From NCBI GenBank assembly GCA_043816025.1, contig JBDRIH010000065.1, forward strand, positions 1 to 53,856: a stretch of DNA of 53,856 nt. The letters are read 5' to 3'. Below the pieces are notes generated by a model. That model saw only the letters and a list, made by a program, of their open reading frames with translations, was not told where the DNA came from and ran no database searches. The stretch's first letter is position 1, and every line of letters begins with the position of its first letter. This document shows, piece after piece, positions 19,234 through 28,261 of this stretch. The DNA is from Candidatus Omnitrophota bacterium. Its GTDB lineage: Bacteria > Omnitrophota > Gorgyraeia > Tantalellales > Tantalellaceae. Made by a program: the position numbers and the translations under genes.

Positions 19234-19299
19234 ATATCCCGGGATATCTATCAAAGTAATAATATTATATAATACAGTATACTATTAATGGGGTGACTT

Positions 19300-20253
19300 T
19301 CAAATAAATCGTCCCTTTTCCATGAGCAGTCTGCTATCGACATAGACCGTGGGACCGGTAAGCACCCCGTCAAGATGCAAAGGTACGTCGTTGTCACCAC
19401 CATAGGAGAGATTATTACCGACGGCTATATGTACGGTTCCTATGACTTTTTCGTCTTCCAGGATATTGCCGATTATCTTCGCTTTGGGATTGAGGCCAAT
19501 GCCCAGTTCCGCTACACGATAAGCCTTGGGCCCTACTCTATCCAGGCGTTCGAGGACCTGGCCGGATCGTTCTCCCGTAATCTCATATACCGTGCCGCCC
19601 GCAACCTTAAACGTAAGAGGAGAGTCCAGAAGGCCCAGGTCCGGAAACGAAGCATCGACAATGTAAACTCCGTCGCACGTCTCCGACGAAAAAGATATTT
19701 CCCCTTCCGGAAGGTTCCCGAAAGCCCCGGGGTAATCAAACGAACCGCCGTCTTTTCCGAAAAATCCGCTTGCTCCTACCGTAAACTTGATGTCCGTGCC
19801 TAGCTCCGTCGTTACATGTACTTCGGAAGTTTGCTTCAGAACGTTGTAAAGGCGGTTCGATTCCTCCTTAAGAGCGTCATAATCTATATCAAGACACCGA
19901 TTCGCGATATCTTCGGTAATAGACGGCATCGTCGCTACCCTGGCGCCTCCGGCGGTGGCTTCCATCCTGGCACGGGTATGCGTGAGGGATTTTTCCGTAA
20001 CAAGCAGCTGGACGTCATACTTTAGCATCTCTTCGGCGATATCTGCCGGCGGTTCGCTAGCGTGCTCTTCTGTCGGCTCAATTACCGCGATCTTCGCCCT
20101 GGGAGTTATGCTTCTTGCGTATTCATAAAAAGCGCGCCCTATCGGTTCTTTGACGGTGTCCGTGACGATAAGACAGGATTCCGAGGGTCTAAGCTTCAAT
20201 GAACTGATAAATACGGCTTTTATAGCGTTTTCGTTTATCATTTTAGCATCCAC
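19300..20253 (-). CDS. Aminopeptidase, M29/AmpS-like
   Basis: 317 aa containing GTVHIAVGNNLSYGGDNDVPLHLDGV and EGEISF. The call rests on family resemblance only. Confidence 0.6.
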   Translation of the reverse strand: MDAKMINENAIKAVFISSLKLRPSESCLIVTDTVKEPIGRAFYEYARSITPRAKIAVIEPTEEHASEPPADIAEEMLKYDVQLLVTEKSLTHTRARMEATAGGARVATMPSITEDIANRCLDIDYDALKEESNRLYNVLKQTSEVHVTTELGTDIKFTVGASGFFGKDGGSFDYPGAFGNLPEGEISFSSETCDGVYIVDASFPDLGLLDSPLTFKVAGGTVYEITGERSGQVLERLDRVGPKAYRVAELGIGLNPKAKIIGNILEDEKVIGTVHIAVGNNLSYGGDNDVPLHLDGVLTGPTVYVDSRLLMEKGRFI

Positions 20254-20275
20254 ACTCCCGTATAGATAGAACTTA

Positions 20276-20397
20276 AGGTCGTGTTTAAATCAAAAACCAG
20301 GGCCCCTCCGCCCGGTGTGGGAGGCTCCCTGGTAGGAGCATGTCAAACGACCTTAACCTGCCAAATCTAACCAGGTTAGTTTAACCTGGTTAGATTT
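20276..20397. repeat. Mosaic repeat locus L2: H rod with deleted 5' arm plus P module with 2 units
   Basis: The H core ccagggcccctccgcccggtgtgggaggctccctggtaggagcatgtcaaacgacc lies at 20297-20352. The P module ttaacctgccaaatctaaccaggttagtttaacctggttagattt lies at 20353-20397. Confidence 0.85.
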
Positions 20398-20413
20398 CAA
20401 TTATACTCTAAAA

Positions 20414-20872
20414 TTATCGGCAGTTAAAACTAATTCTCCCACGCTTTAACCCGTGCCGCCACCTGTACAAGAGGGATAAACGCAAAACTCCCAGCTGGGG
20501 GTGAAAAAGATAATCCGTTAAAACATGCACCGTCATACCTGTCACCACGGGAGTGATCCAGAGAACCCCGGCGGAAAACACCCACAGGGCAATAAGCAGT
20601 TCCCACGAATGAAAGATGATATAACACCTTCCCGAATCCTTGTATCTATGGTTAAAAAAGTCACCCAGATCGAATCTCCAACCATAATAGAAGAAATAGT
20701 CGATAAAATGGTCGAGGTCTATTAGAACCCCTCCTGTAAAACCCAGGACGGGCCATGCCCACCCGAGCGTAAGTCTGCGAAAAAACCCGGCAAGCATGAA
20801 CGCGAGTATAAGGTGCGTAGCCAGATCGACGGCTGTCAGGAGCTGCCTCCTGCGTCCCTCTATATTAAACAT
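20414..20872 (-). CDS. Membrane-bound metal-dependent hydrolase (YdjM/DUF457-like)
   Basis: Has TM helices with LIDLDHFIDY and HVLTDY histidine/aspartate motifs. The start is set at MFNIEG (20872). Confidence 0.5.
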   Translation of the reverse strand: MFNIEGRRRQLLTAVDLATHLILAFMLAGFFRRLTLGWAWPVLGFTGGVLIDLDHFIDYFFYYGWRFDLGDFFNHRYKDSGRCYIIFHSWELLIALWVFSAGVLWITPVVTGMTVHVLTDYLFHPQLGVLRLSLLYRWRHGLKRGRISFNCR

Positions 20873-21038
20873 TCCTTTCTTCCTGTTAAACCGACTGAAC
20901 TTACGGAATTTTATTGTAACATTTCCACCCCCTAAGAGCAAATGAACTTGCATAACTTCCCTTAGCAATATATAATTAGGAATAACATTATCATTAATTT
21001 CTTAAAAACCTTCTTGGAGGGCAGGTCCCGTATTTAGC

Positions 21039-22766
21039 ATGAAGAAGATTCTCTCTATTTTTGTGTTTTTGGCATTTGTTTCCGCTTTTACCGGTTTTAT
21101 CATTCCAAAAGAAATACTGGCCGAGGAGAAACCTCAGATCGAAGCGCCTTCCGCACGTCAAACGGAAATAGCGGCTGAGAAAAACGCCGAAGAAAAAGCG
21201 CGCCTAGCGCGTGAACAGGCGCATAAACCGGCGGAGACCCTGCTGCCTGAAGGACACGCGTCCAAAAAAACGCTTGTATTCGCCGGGCATGATGAATTTG
21301 CCCCGTATTCTTACATTTCGGATGGGCGCCCAGCTGGTTATTGCGTTGACCTTATAAAGATACTTTCCGCCACTATCAATAAAGATATCACAATACAACT
21401 GATGCCCTGGGAAGAATGCCTTTCTAAGTTACGGGCGGGAAAGGTCGACGGCTTGATAGGCGCGGCGGCATACAAAAAACGCATGAACTACGCGGATTAT
21501 TCGGAACCTGTATCTGAAGTCGAGTTCGCCATATTCGTCGAATCAAGTAACAGCTACGTCCATTCCGTAAAATCACTCGAGGGTACGGTAGTAGCCGTAC
21601 ACGAAGCGAGTCTCATCGCAGACGAACTGCGTAAAAATGAACGAATAAGACTGCTCGAGGTGAAATCTATCCCCGAGGCCCTGAATAAGTTGAAAAACCG
21701 CGAAGTCACGGCTGTCATAGCGGAAAAGCGCGTGCTCTTGTACTACATCCAGCAGGAGAAACTCCATGACCTTAAAATCGTCGGCGCCGCTGTGGGTCCC
21801 GTTTACGAATATTCACTGGCGATCAAAAAAGGCAAAACCGAACTTTTAAAAGACATCAACTACGGAGTGACGGTGCTTAAAGAAAACGGCACCCTGAAGA
21901 AACTTGAAAGGAAATGGCTTGGCATCCGGCTTGTGGAACCTTTTCCCTGGAAAATGGTCTCTATGGTTATAGGCGGCATAACGGGCATATTACTGCTGCT
22001 TATGGGGCTGCTCTGGGCAACATCGCTTGAGGCCACAGTAAAAGCGAAAACCCGACAGATCCAGTTAATGGGCCAGAGAATGGTTGAGAAAGACAAACTG
22101 GCGGTACTGGGAAAACTGGCCGGCCAGATCGCGCACGAACTGCGGACTCCCTTAAGTATTATAAACAACTCCGTATTCCTTCTGCGCAAAGAAGGGAGCG
22201 AAAACAGGGAACTGTTTGAGAAAAGACTTCGCGTGCTGGAGGATAAGATAAAGCTTTCCAGTAACATACTCGAAAGTATTTTGAGTTACTCCCGCGTTAA
22301 AGCCGAGATGGCCACAACCGTTTCGGTGAAGGAAGCCATCGCGGAAGTCCTCAAAGATATAGGGATGCCGGAGGGCATCGAAAATGATGTTTCTTTCGAA
22401 AAAGAGGAGCTCTTGCAGGTTTTTATGGATTTCCATCAGCTTTACAGTGTTTTTCGGAATATCTTGTTGAACTCCGTACAGGCCATGGGCAAGGAAGGTA
22501 AACTGACGATCAAAGCGTTCCCGTCCGCGGATAACACGAAGGTGAACGTCCGTATGTGTGATACGGGGGGCGGCATAATGGACGGCGCGCAAAACAAGAT
22601 ATTCAACCTGTTTTACAGCACCAAAATAACAGGCACGGGGCTTGGCCTGCCCATCTCTAAATCCATAATCGAAGCCAATGGTGGCCGGCTCTATCTGGAG
22701 GAGACGACCAAAGAAGGCACATGTTTTATAGTAGAACTGCCTTCCGTGAAAACGTTAGTAAAATGA
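21039..22766 (+). CDS. Sensor histidine kinase with periplasmic solute-binding (SBP type 3) domain
   Basis: Has a signal peptide, an SBP-like region, a TM segment and the H-box IAHELRTPLS. The ATPase boxes are DTGGGI and GTGLGLPISKSI. Confidence 0.85.
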   Translation: MKKILSIFVFLAFVSAFTGFIIPKEILAEEKPQIEAPSARQTEIAAEKNAEEKARLAREQAHKPAETLLPEGHASKKTLVFAGHDEFAPYSYISDGRPAGYCVDLIKILSATINKDITIQLMPWEECLSKLRAGKVDGLIGAAAYKKRMNYADYSEPVSEVEFAIFVESSNSYVHSVKSLEGTVVAVHEASLIADELRKNERIRLLEVKSIPEALNKLKNREVTAVIAEKRVLLYYIQQEKLHDLKIVGAAVGPVYEYSLAIKKGKTELLKDINYGVTVLKENGTLKKLERKWLGIRLVEPFPWKMVSMVIGGITGILLLLMGLLWATSLEATVKAKTRQIQLMGQRMVEKDKLAVLGKLAGQIAHELRTPLSIINNSVFLLRKEGSENRELFEKRLRVLEDKIKLSSNILESILSYSRVKAEMATTVSVKEAIAEVLKDIGMPEGIENDVSFEKEELLQVFMDFHQLYSVFRNILLNSVQAMGKEGKLTIKAFPSADNTKVNVRMCDTGGGIMDGAQNKIFNLFYSTKITGTGLGLPISKSIIEANGGRLYLEETTKEGTCFIVELPSVKTLVK

Positions 22767-23137
22767 TAAGAAAAAAAGGACCAAATATATTACTTGTAGA
22801 CGACGATAAGGACATGTGCGAGTCCCTGGCGGATGTCCTGACGCTGGACTCCGATTATAACGTCAGCTACACCACCGATCCCCTTCAGGCTCTGGAAATG
22901 ATTAAGGCCAAAGACTTCTCCCTCATTATCATCGACTATAAGATGCCTAACATGAACGGTCTGGAGCTTTTGAAAAACATAAAAAAAATCAACCCTAATC
23001 CCGTTATCTTTATGCTTACCGCTTTCATATCCAATGAGCTCATCGACCAGGCAAAGAAAGAAGGTGCGAATAAAGTCCTCTCAAAGTTTATATGGCCCGA
23101 CGAGATCCTCCAGTATATCAAGGAAGCCATCAGCTGA
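22763..23137 (+). CDS. Response regulator, receiver domain only
   Basis: Contains ILLVDDDKD, IIDYKMPNMNG and MLTAF. Its ATG overlaps the kinase TGA as ATGA. Confidence 0.85.
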   Translation: MIRKKGPNILLVDDDKDMCESLADVLTLDSDYNVSYTTDPLQALEMIKAKDFSLIIIDYKMPNMNGLELLKNIKKINPNPVIFMLTAFISNELIDQAKKEGANKVLSKFIWPDEILQYIKEAIS

Positions 23138-23151
23138 CTCCGCTTTTGCTG

Positions 23152-23180
23152 TTGAAAATTCATGCCGATTATGTTATTGT
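23152..23180 (+). promoter_or_regulatory. Putative promoter of hppA (TTGAAA-17-TATTGT)
   Basis: ttgaaa lies at 23152-23157 and tattgt at 23175-23180. The -10 box overlaps the first 17-bp repeat unit by 5 nt. Confidence 0.35.
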
Positions 23181-23226
23181 GTGCTCATTAAAATTGTGTG
23201 CTCACTAAGATTGTGTGCTCACTAAA
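23176..23226 (+). repeat. Three perfect-phase tandem 17-bp repeats ATTGTGTGCTCAYTAAR directly upstream of the hppA RBS
   Basis: The units are attgtgtgctcattaaa (23176-23192), attgtgtgctcactaag (23193-23209) and attgtgtgctcactaaa (23210-23226). They are followed by ataaggag and the ATG at 23241. Confidence 0.9.
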
Positions 23227-23240
23227 ATAAGGAGTAACCT

Positions 23241-25217
23241 ATGATAATTGTCCCTATACTAGGAGTCGCGGGCCTTTTGTTCGCCTTAATAACGTTCTTG
23301 CTTCTCTTAAAAAAACCTGAGGGTTCTGAGACCATGCGGGATATCGCACATGAAGTTCATAAAGGCGCAATGGTCTTCCTGAGCCGCGAATACCGTATAA
23401 TCCTCATTTTCGTGGTCGTGATGTTCATTATCATCGCAAGCTTCCTTTCCCTGCACACGGCGATCGCCTACGTCTCGGGCGCTTTTTGTTCTATGCTGGC
23501 CGGTTTTATCGGCATGACAGCGGCTACCAGATCCAGCGCGAGAACCTGCGAAGCGGCCAGGGTCTCCGGTGCCGCCGAAGCGCTCAGTGTCGCTTTCAAG
23601 GGTGGGTCTGTCATGGGTATAACCGTTGCCTCCCTCGGTGTGCTCGGTGTCGGGATATGGTTCATGGTAACCAAAGACACAGCGATCATCACGGGGTTCG
23701 CCCTCGGCGCCAGTTCCATAGCCCTTTTTGCGCGTGTAGGCGGCGGTATTTTCACCAAAGCCGCGGATATGGGGTCCGATCTCGTCGGCAAGATCGAAGC
23801 CGGTATACCGGAAGATGACCCCCGCAATCCCGGGGTCATCGCGGATAACGTCGGCGACAACGTCGGAGACACAGCCGGGATGGGAGCGGATCTTTTCGAA
23901 TCCTATGTCGGATCCGTAATAGCAACAATGGCCATCGGAGCCCTAATGGCAAACCCGCTGGCTGCGATGTCTTTTCCTATAATACTGATCTCCATCGGGC
24001 TGGTGGCTTCCATGTTCGGTGTTCTATCGATTAATTTTCTGAAAAACCTCAACCCGCAAACCGCTCTGAGAAATTCCACTCTTGTATCCGCCGTGATTTT
24101 TCTGGCGGGGTCTTACATGGCCTCAAGGACACTGTTCGGCGAGCTCAGCCAGTTCTGGGCGATCCTTTCGGGTCTGGGCGCCGGGGTGCTGATCGGCGTG
24201 GAAAGCGAGTATTATACATCGGGCAACCCCATAAAAGAGATCGCCAAAAGCGCCCAGTCGGGTCCGGCCACTACAATAGTTTCGGGCCTGGCCGTCGGGT
24301 TTGAAAGCACCATCCTGCCCGTCCTGACTATAAGTGCGGCATTGCTGGTCTCTTATCATTTCGCCCAGCTTTACGGCATTGGTCTTGCGGCCGTCGGTAT
24401 GCTGTGCACGATAGGTATCGTCATGTCGACCGACTCTTACGGGCCCATCGCTGATAACGCCGGGGGCATAGCGGAGATGGCCAGGCTCGACAAAAAAGTC
24501 CGGACTATCACGGACAAGCTCGACGCCCTCGGAAACACAACAGCCGCTATCGGCAAAGGCTTCGCCATCGGTTCGGCGGCCCTTACGGCCCTTGCCCTTT
24601 TTGCGGCGTTTCAGAAAGTAACGGGCCTTAAAGCTATCGACCTGGTAAAACCGTTACCCGTCGCGGGCCTTTTTATCGGCGCCCTTATCCCCTTTTCCAT
24701 ATCCGCTATGACGTTGAAAGCCGTCGGCAGGGCCGCGGATAAACTCGTACAGGAAATCCGACGTCAGTTCCACCAGATAAAGGGCCTCATGGAAGGTACG
24801 GCCAAACCTGACACCCAGACATGCATCGACATCGCCACGAAAAGCGCCCTGAGAGAAATGATCCTCCCCGGTGTTGTGGCGATAGTAAGTCCGGCTCTGG
24901 TAGGTATAATCCTCGGGGTAGAAGCACTTGGCGGTTTTCTGGCCGGAGCTACCGTCTCCGGCGTGCTGCTCGGCATCATGATGTCTAATGGCGGCGGCGC
25001 ATGGGATAACGCAAAAAAATGGATCGAAGAAGGAAACCTCGGCGGAAAGGGAACAGAAACACATCAAGCCGCGGTTGTCGGTGACACGGTAGGAGATCCT
25101 TTCAAGGATACAACGGGCCCGGCTATGAATATACTGATAAAGCTGATGGGTATCGTGTCTCTGGTCTTCGGCGGGCTCTTCCTGTCGCTCCACCAACGGT
25201 TTATCAGCTTGTTCTAA
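23241..25217 (+). CDS. hppA: Membrane-bound proton-translocating pyrophosphatase
   Basis: Contains [18 protein letters not shown] and [21 protein letters not shown] signature motifs, with about 16 TM helices. Confidence 0.95.
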   Translation: MIIVPILGVAGLLFALITFLLLLKKPEGSETMRDIAHEVHKGAMVFLSREYRIILIFVVVMFIIIASFLSLHTAIAYVSGAFCSMLAGFIGMTAATRSSARTCEAARVSGAAEALSVAFKGGSVMGITVASLGVLGVGIWFMVTKDTAIITGFALGASSIALFARVGGGIFTKAADMGSDLVGKIEAGIPEDDPRNPGVIADNVGDNVGDTAGMGADLFESYVGSVIATMAIGALMANPLAAMSFPIILISIGLVASMFGVLSINFLKNLNPQTALRNSTLVSAVIFLAGSYMASRTLFGELSQFWAILSGLGAGVLIGVESEYYTSGNPIKEIAKSAQSGPATTIVSGLAVGFESTILPVLTISAALLVSYHFAQLYGIGLAAVGMLCTIGIVMSTDSYGPIADNAGGIAEMARLDKKVRTITDKLDALGNTTAAIGKGFAIGSAALTALALFAAFQKVTGLKAIDLVKPLPVAGLFIGALIPFSISAMTLKAVGRAADKLVQEIRRQFHQIKGLMEGTAKPDTQTCIDIATKSALREMILPGVVAIVSPALVGIILGVEALGGFLAGATVSGVLLGIMMSNGGGAWDNAKKWIEEGNLGGKGTETHQAAVVGDTVGDPFKDTTGPAMNILIKLMGIVSLVFGGLFLSLHQRFISLF

Positions 25218-25232
25218 GTTGAGGAGGTAAAA

Positions 25233-25754
25233 ATGGATCTCGATAAAATAATTCGTAAAGTCCCGGATTTCCCCAAACCAGGCATCCTCTTTTATGATGT
25301 CACAAGTATATTCGCCAACCCGGAAGCTTTTCAATTCGTGCTAAGCAAGATGGACGACCTTTACAAAGACGTCAAGATAGATGGCGTCATCGCGATCGAG
25401 AGCCGCGGGTTTTTACTCGGTGCCCCTTTTGCCCTAAAAAGATCCCTCCCTCTGGTTCTGGCCAGAAAAAGCGGCAAGCTCCCCGGGGATACAGTGCAGC
25501 AAGCCTATTCCCTTGAATACGGGGAAGAAACACTTGAGATACACAAAGCGGACCTGATCCCTGGAAAGAGATGGCTGATAATTGATGACCTCATAGCTAC
25601 CGGGGGAACTCTTGAAGCCGTAGCGATAATGGTCGAAAGACAGAAAGCCGAAGTGGCGGGGATCTTTTCCATAATAGGATTACCGTTTTTGAATTATATG
25701 AAGAAGATCGAGCGTTACGATCCTAAGACTCTGATAGATTACGAGGGCGAATAG
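25233..25754 (+). CDS. apt: Adenine phosphoribosyltransferase
   Basis: 173 aa with the PRPP-binding motif LIIDDLIATGGTL and AIESRGF. Confidence 0.9.
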   Translation: MDLDKIIRKVPDFPKPGILFYDVTSIFANPEAFQFVLSKMDDLYKDVKIDGVIAIESRGFLLGAPFALKRSLPLVLARKSGKLPGDTVQQAYSLEYGEETLEIHKADLIPGKRWLIIDDLIATGGTLEAVAIMVERQKAEVAGIFSIIGLPFLNYMKKIERYDPKTLIDYEGE

Positions 25755-25762
25755 ATTTTAAT

Positions 25763-26503
25763 CTACTTCTTTATAACGTCGGATTTGACAGGATATTTTC
25801 CGCAGGAAAACTTGGTACCTTCCGGGCAATACCCCAGTTCTTCGCATTTGGCACCCGCGGCGGCAAACACCTCCGGAAGTTCTTGAGCGCATATCTCGAG
25901 CATCCTGCCCGCCAGGGCGCGTATCTCCCACTGGGCTCTCGTACAGCACCTGTGCGCGAAAAAATGTTTCAATTCACGGCAGTTCATCGTAACGACGATC
26001 TTCGTCTCCGCCGCCTGAGGCAGAACAAACCGGGCATCCTGATTGGCGATTTCCCCTTCGGTGCCTTTTCCTTTAAGCATTTCCAGGATATCATTGTAGC
26101 CCTTCTGGATCTCCTCCATCATGCGGACGAATCTCTCGTTTAAACTGTCGTCTTTCTTGAAGGCGGGAGGTGTTATATAATCAAAATCCGATTCTTTAAC
26201 ATATCTCTGGCTCTGCTGTGAATAGGAAGCTACGCGGTGCCGGACAAGCTGGTGCGTGAGCGCCCGGGAAACACCTTCTATGGCGAAGGTGAACTTAACA
26301 TGCTCGAGGGGGCTTTCATGACCGCTTGCTATGACTTTCCTGATGAAATCCTTTATCTTGGCGGGGTCATCCGAGTCGAGGGCTTTTTGGAATATCTCAC
26401 CGGCAAATTCGGGAGAATAACACTGCCGGCAGGCCGCGTATACAACTGCCAGCGCGTTATCTGTTTTTTCCAATAATCTTACGTTGAGTCGGACTTCCGC
26501 CAT
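25763..26503 (-). CDS. thyX: FAD-dependent thymidylate synthase
   Basis: Contains the ThyX motif RHRVASYSQQSQRY (RHRxxSxxxxSxR). Confidence 0.9.
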   Translation of the reverse strand: MAEVRLNVRLLEKTDNALAVVYAACRQCYSPEFAGEIFQKALDSDDPAKIKDFIRKVIASGHESPLEHVKFTFAIEGVSRALTHQLVRHRVASYSQQSQRYVKESDFDYITPPAFKKDDSLNERFVRMMEEIQKGYNDILEMLKGKGTEGEIANQDARFVLPQAAETKIVVTMNCRELKHFFAHRCCTRAQWEIRALAGRMLEICAQELPEVFAAAGAKCEELGYCPEGTKFSCGKYPVKSDVIKK

Positions 26504-26546
26504 TTCGCTCCCCTGAGCCTATCAGGCATAAATATGGGTAACTATT

Positions 26547-26574
26547 ATTATACATTTCCCCGAACTTAAATCAA
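26547..26574 (-). promoter_or_regulatory. Putative thyX promoter (TTGATT-16-TATAAT)
   Basis: The minus strand reads ttgatt taagttcggggaaatg tataat. The boxes lie at 26569-26574 and 26547-26552. Confidence 0.4.
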
Positions 26575-26580
26575 CGTTTT

Positions 26581-26717
26581 TAACCTCGCCAGCGGAAAGG
26601 CGGGTTGGGCTGTTCCTACCAGGGCCCCTCCGCCCGGTGTGGATCCTCCCTGTACGGAACAACCCAACCCGCCTTTCTAACCTGCCAGACCTAACCTGGT
26701 TAGATTTGGCAGGTTAA
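26581..26717. repeat. Mosaic repeat locus L3: P half-arm, H rod (B-type stem), full P palindrome
   Basis: taacctcgccag lies at 26581-26592. H lies at 26596-26676 with the stem ggcgggttgggctgttcc/ggaacaacccaacccgcc. The P palindrome ctaacctgccagacctaacctggttagatttggcaggttaa lies at 26677-26717. Confidence 0.85.
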
Positions 26718-26734
26718 CATCCTTGGGGTTCTCT

Positions 26735-27002
26735 TAGACAAAACGGATCTGAGGCCTTTGGAGTGAATTGCGATTTTAGCTTCTTTTTATAGCTTTTGAG
26801 GGACAAAGTGTTAAATATGTTTGACGAGCCCTGAACTATAGTTCGGGGCGAGGAGTTATTTAACACCCCTCAAAAGTTAGAAAAAAAGCGTTAAGAAATC
26901 GCTTCTGAACGAAACCGTGCAAGCCCACGAAGGCCATAAGAAGGTTCCCTGGATAGGAGTTAACGCATCGTCAGGAAAAAGGCCTCAGATCCGTTTTGTC
27001 TA
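26735..27002 (+). mobile_element. M2-A: 268-bp non-coding element with perfect 22-bp terminal inverted repeats (MITE-like)
   Basis: The TIR is tagacaaaacggatctgaggcc (26735-26756) and ggcctcagatccgttttgtcta (26981-27002). It has nested internal hairpins and a second copy at 49588-49853. Confidence 0.75.
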
Positions 27003-27012
27003 TGCAACACTC

Positions 27013-27041
27013 TTGACATATCTTTTGACCCATACTATAAC
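27013..27041 (+). promoter_or_regulatory. Putative promoter (TTGACA-17-TATAAC) 9 nt upstream of the GHL10 ATG
   Basis: ttgaca lies at 27013-27018 and tataac at 27036-27041. There is no SD before the ATG at 27051. Confidence 0.4.
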
Positions 27042-27050
27042 TATACTGTC

Positions 27051-28256
27051 ATGCCTAAAAAGAACATACTCCTGACTGCCCTTATCTTCCTCTGGTTCTC
27101 CGCCACCTTATGCCCCGCCGGCATATCCGATGTTCCTTCAGGTGGAAACCCGCGTCTCGGTGTCTGGATAACTGTCTTCTCCCCGGAAAAGGTATTGTAC
27201 TCAAGAGAAAACGCCGGCCGTTTGATCGAGTGCTGCAAAAAATCAGGTATAAACGATATTTATATCCAGGTCTACAGGGCCGATAAGGCCTATTATAATT
27301 CCGATATAACCGACAGGACGGCTTATGAAAATATAATGTCTGAGGCCGGCGAAGACACGCTTAAATATCTGATCGACCGGACGCGCGTTCAAGGCATCAA
27401 AGTCTACGCCTGGCTGAATCTGCTGAGCATAGCCCAAAACAAAGACGCGAATATACTTAAAAAATTCGGCGAAGAGGTTCTTGCGACGGACCAGTACGGA
27501 AGGTCTTCCATGCAGACGGACAAGAAGGATGAGCTGGATAAGTACTATATGCGCGAAAACCAGATCTTTCTGGAACCCGGTGACCGTCGCGTAAGAGAAT
27601 ACCTGGGGAGCATAACGGAAGAAATCGTTACAAAATATCCCGGTCTGGCGGGTGTGCACTTTGACTACATTAGATACCCCGCAGTTGTGCCTTTTGTTCC
27701 GGGGTCAAGATTTACCCCGTACGGTATAAATTATGGTTACAGCGCTTCTAACTTAAAAAGTTTTAAAGAAGCAACCGGTCTGGACGCAAAAACTATGGAA
27801 CGCTCGCGGGAAAACTTCAGACTGTGGGACGACTGGCGCAGAGATGCGATAACCCGCCTTGTGCGTGAGCTGTCCGAACGCGTGAGGGCTTCCACAAACT
27901 CCATGGAGGTCTCCTGTACGATAGTTCCTTCAATAGAAAGGGCATATTTCGTCACGTTCCAGGACTGGACCGTGTGGCTGCGTAAAGGATACGCCGACTA
28001 TGTCGTCGCCATGAACTACACTGACGACGCTAAGCTTATGGAACTAAACTCTGGTTCGCTGCTACTACCTGGCCTGGATGACAAAATACATATCGGTATA
28101 GGCGCGTACCTTCTGAAAGAGAGGCCCGACCAGATCAAGTCCCAGCTTATATCTTTACGGGAACTTTCCCCCGCTGGTGTGGTCATCTTCTCTTATGATG
28201 ATATAGCGGGAGATAAAAAACTTCAGGATTTTCTGGCGGAGAACTTCAAAAATTAA
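27051..28256 (+). CDS. Glycoside hydrolase-like family 10 (GHL10/YngK-like) secreted protein
   Basis: Has a signal peptide, the VHFDYIRYP hallmark and a TIM-barrel-like length of 401 aa. Confidence 0.7.
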   Translation: MPKKNILLTALIFLWFSATLCPAGISDVPSGGNPRLGVWITVFSPEKVLYSRENAGRLIECCKKSGINDIYIQVYRADKAYYNSDITDRTAYENIMSEAGEDTLKYLIDRTRVQGIKVYAWLNLLSIAQNKDANILKKFGEEVLATDQYGRSSMQTDKKDELDKYYMRENQIFLEPGDRRVREYLGSITEEIVTKYPGLAGVHFDYIRYPAVVPFVPGSRFTPYGINYGYSASNLKSFKEATGLDAKTMERSRENFRLWDDWRRDAITRLVRELSERVRASTNSMEVSCTIVPSIERAYFVTFQDWTVWLRKGYADYVVAMNYTDDAKLMELNSGSLLLPGLDDKIHIGIGAYLLKERPDQIKSQLISLRELSPAGVVIFSYDDIAGDKKLQDFLAENFKN

Positions 28257-28261
28257 GCGCC

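Noticed and set aside
26905-26915. A hammerhead-like CUGA..GAAAC string in M2 (ctgaacgaaac), and CUGAUGU in the M3 repeat.
   Set aside because: There is no stem II between the CUGA and GAAA boxes, and the invariant A of CUGANGA is missing. This is not a hammerhead core.
26735-27002. A TA target-site duplication flanking M2-A, which would imply an IS630/mariner-type origin.
   Set aside because: The TA on each side extends the inverted repeat (tagaca.../...tgtcta), so it is equally well part of the TIR. One copy cannot distinguish the two readings.
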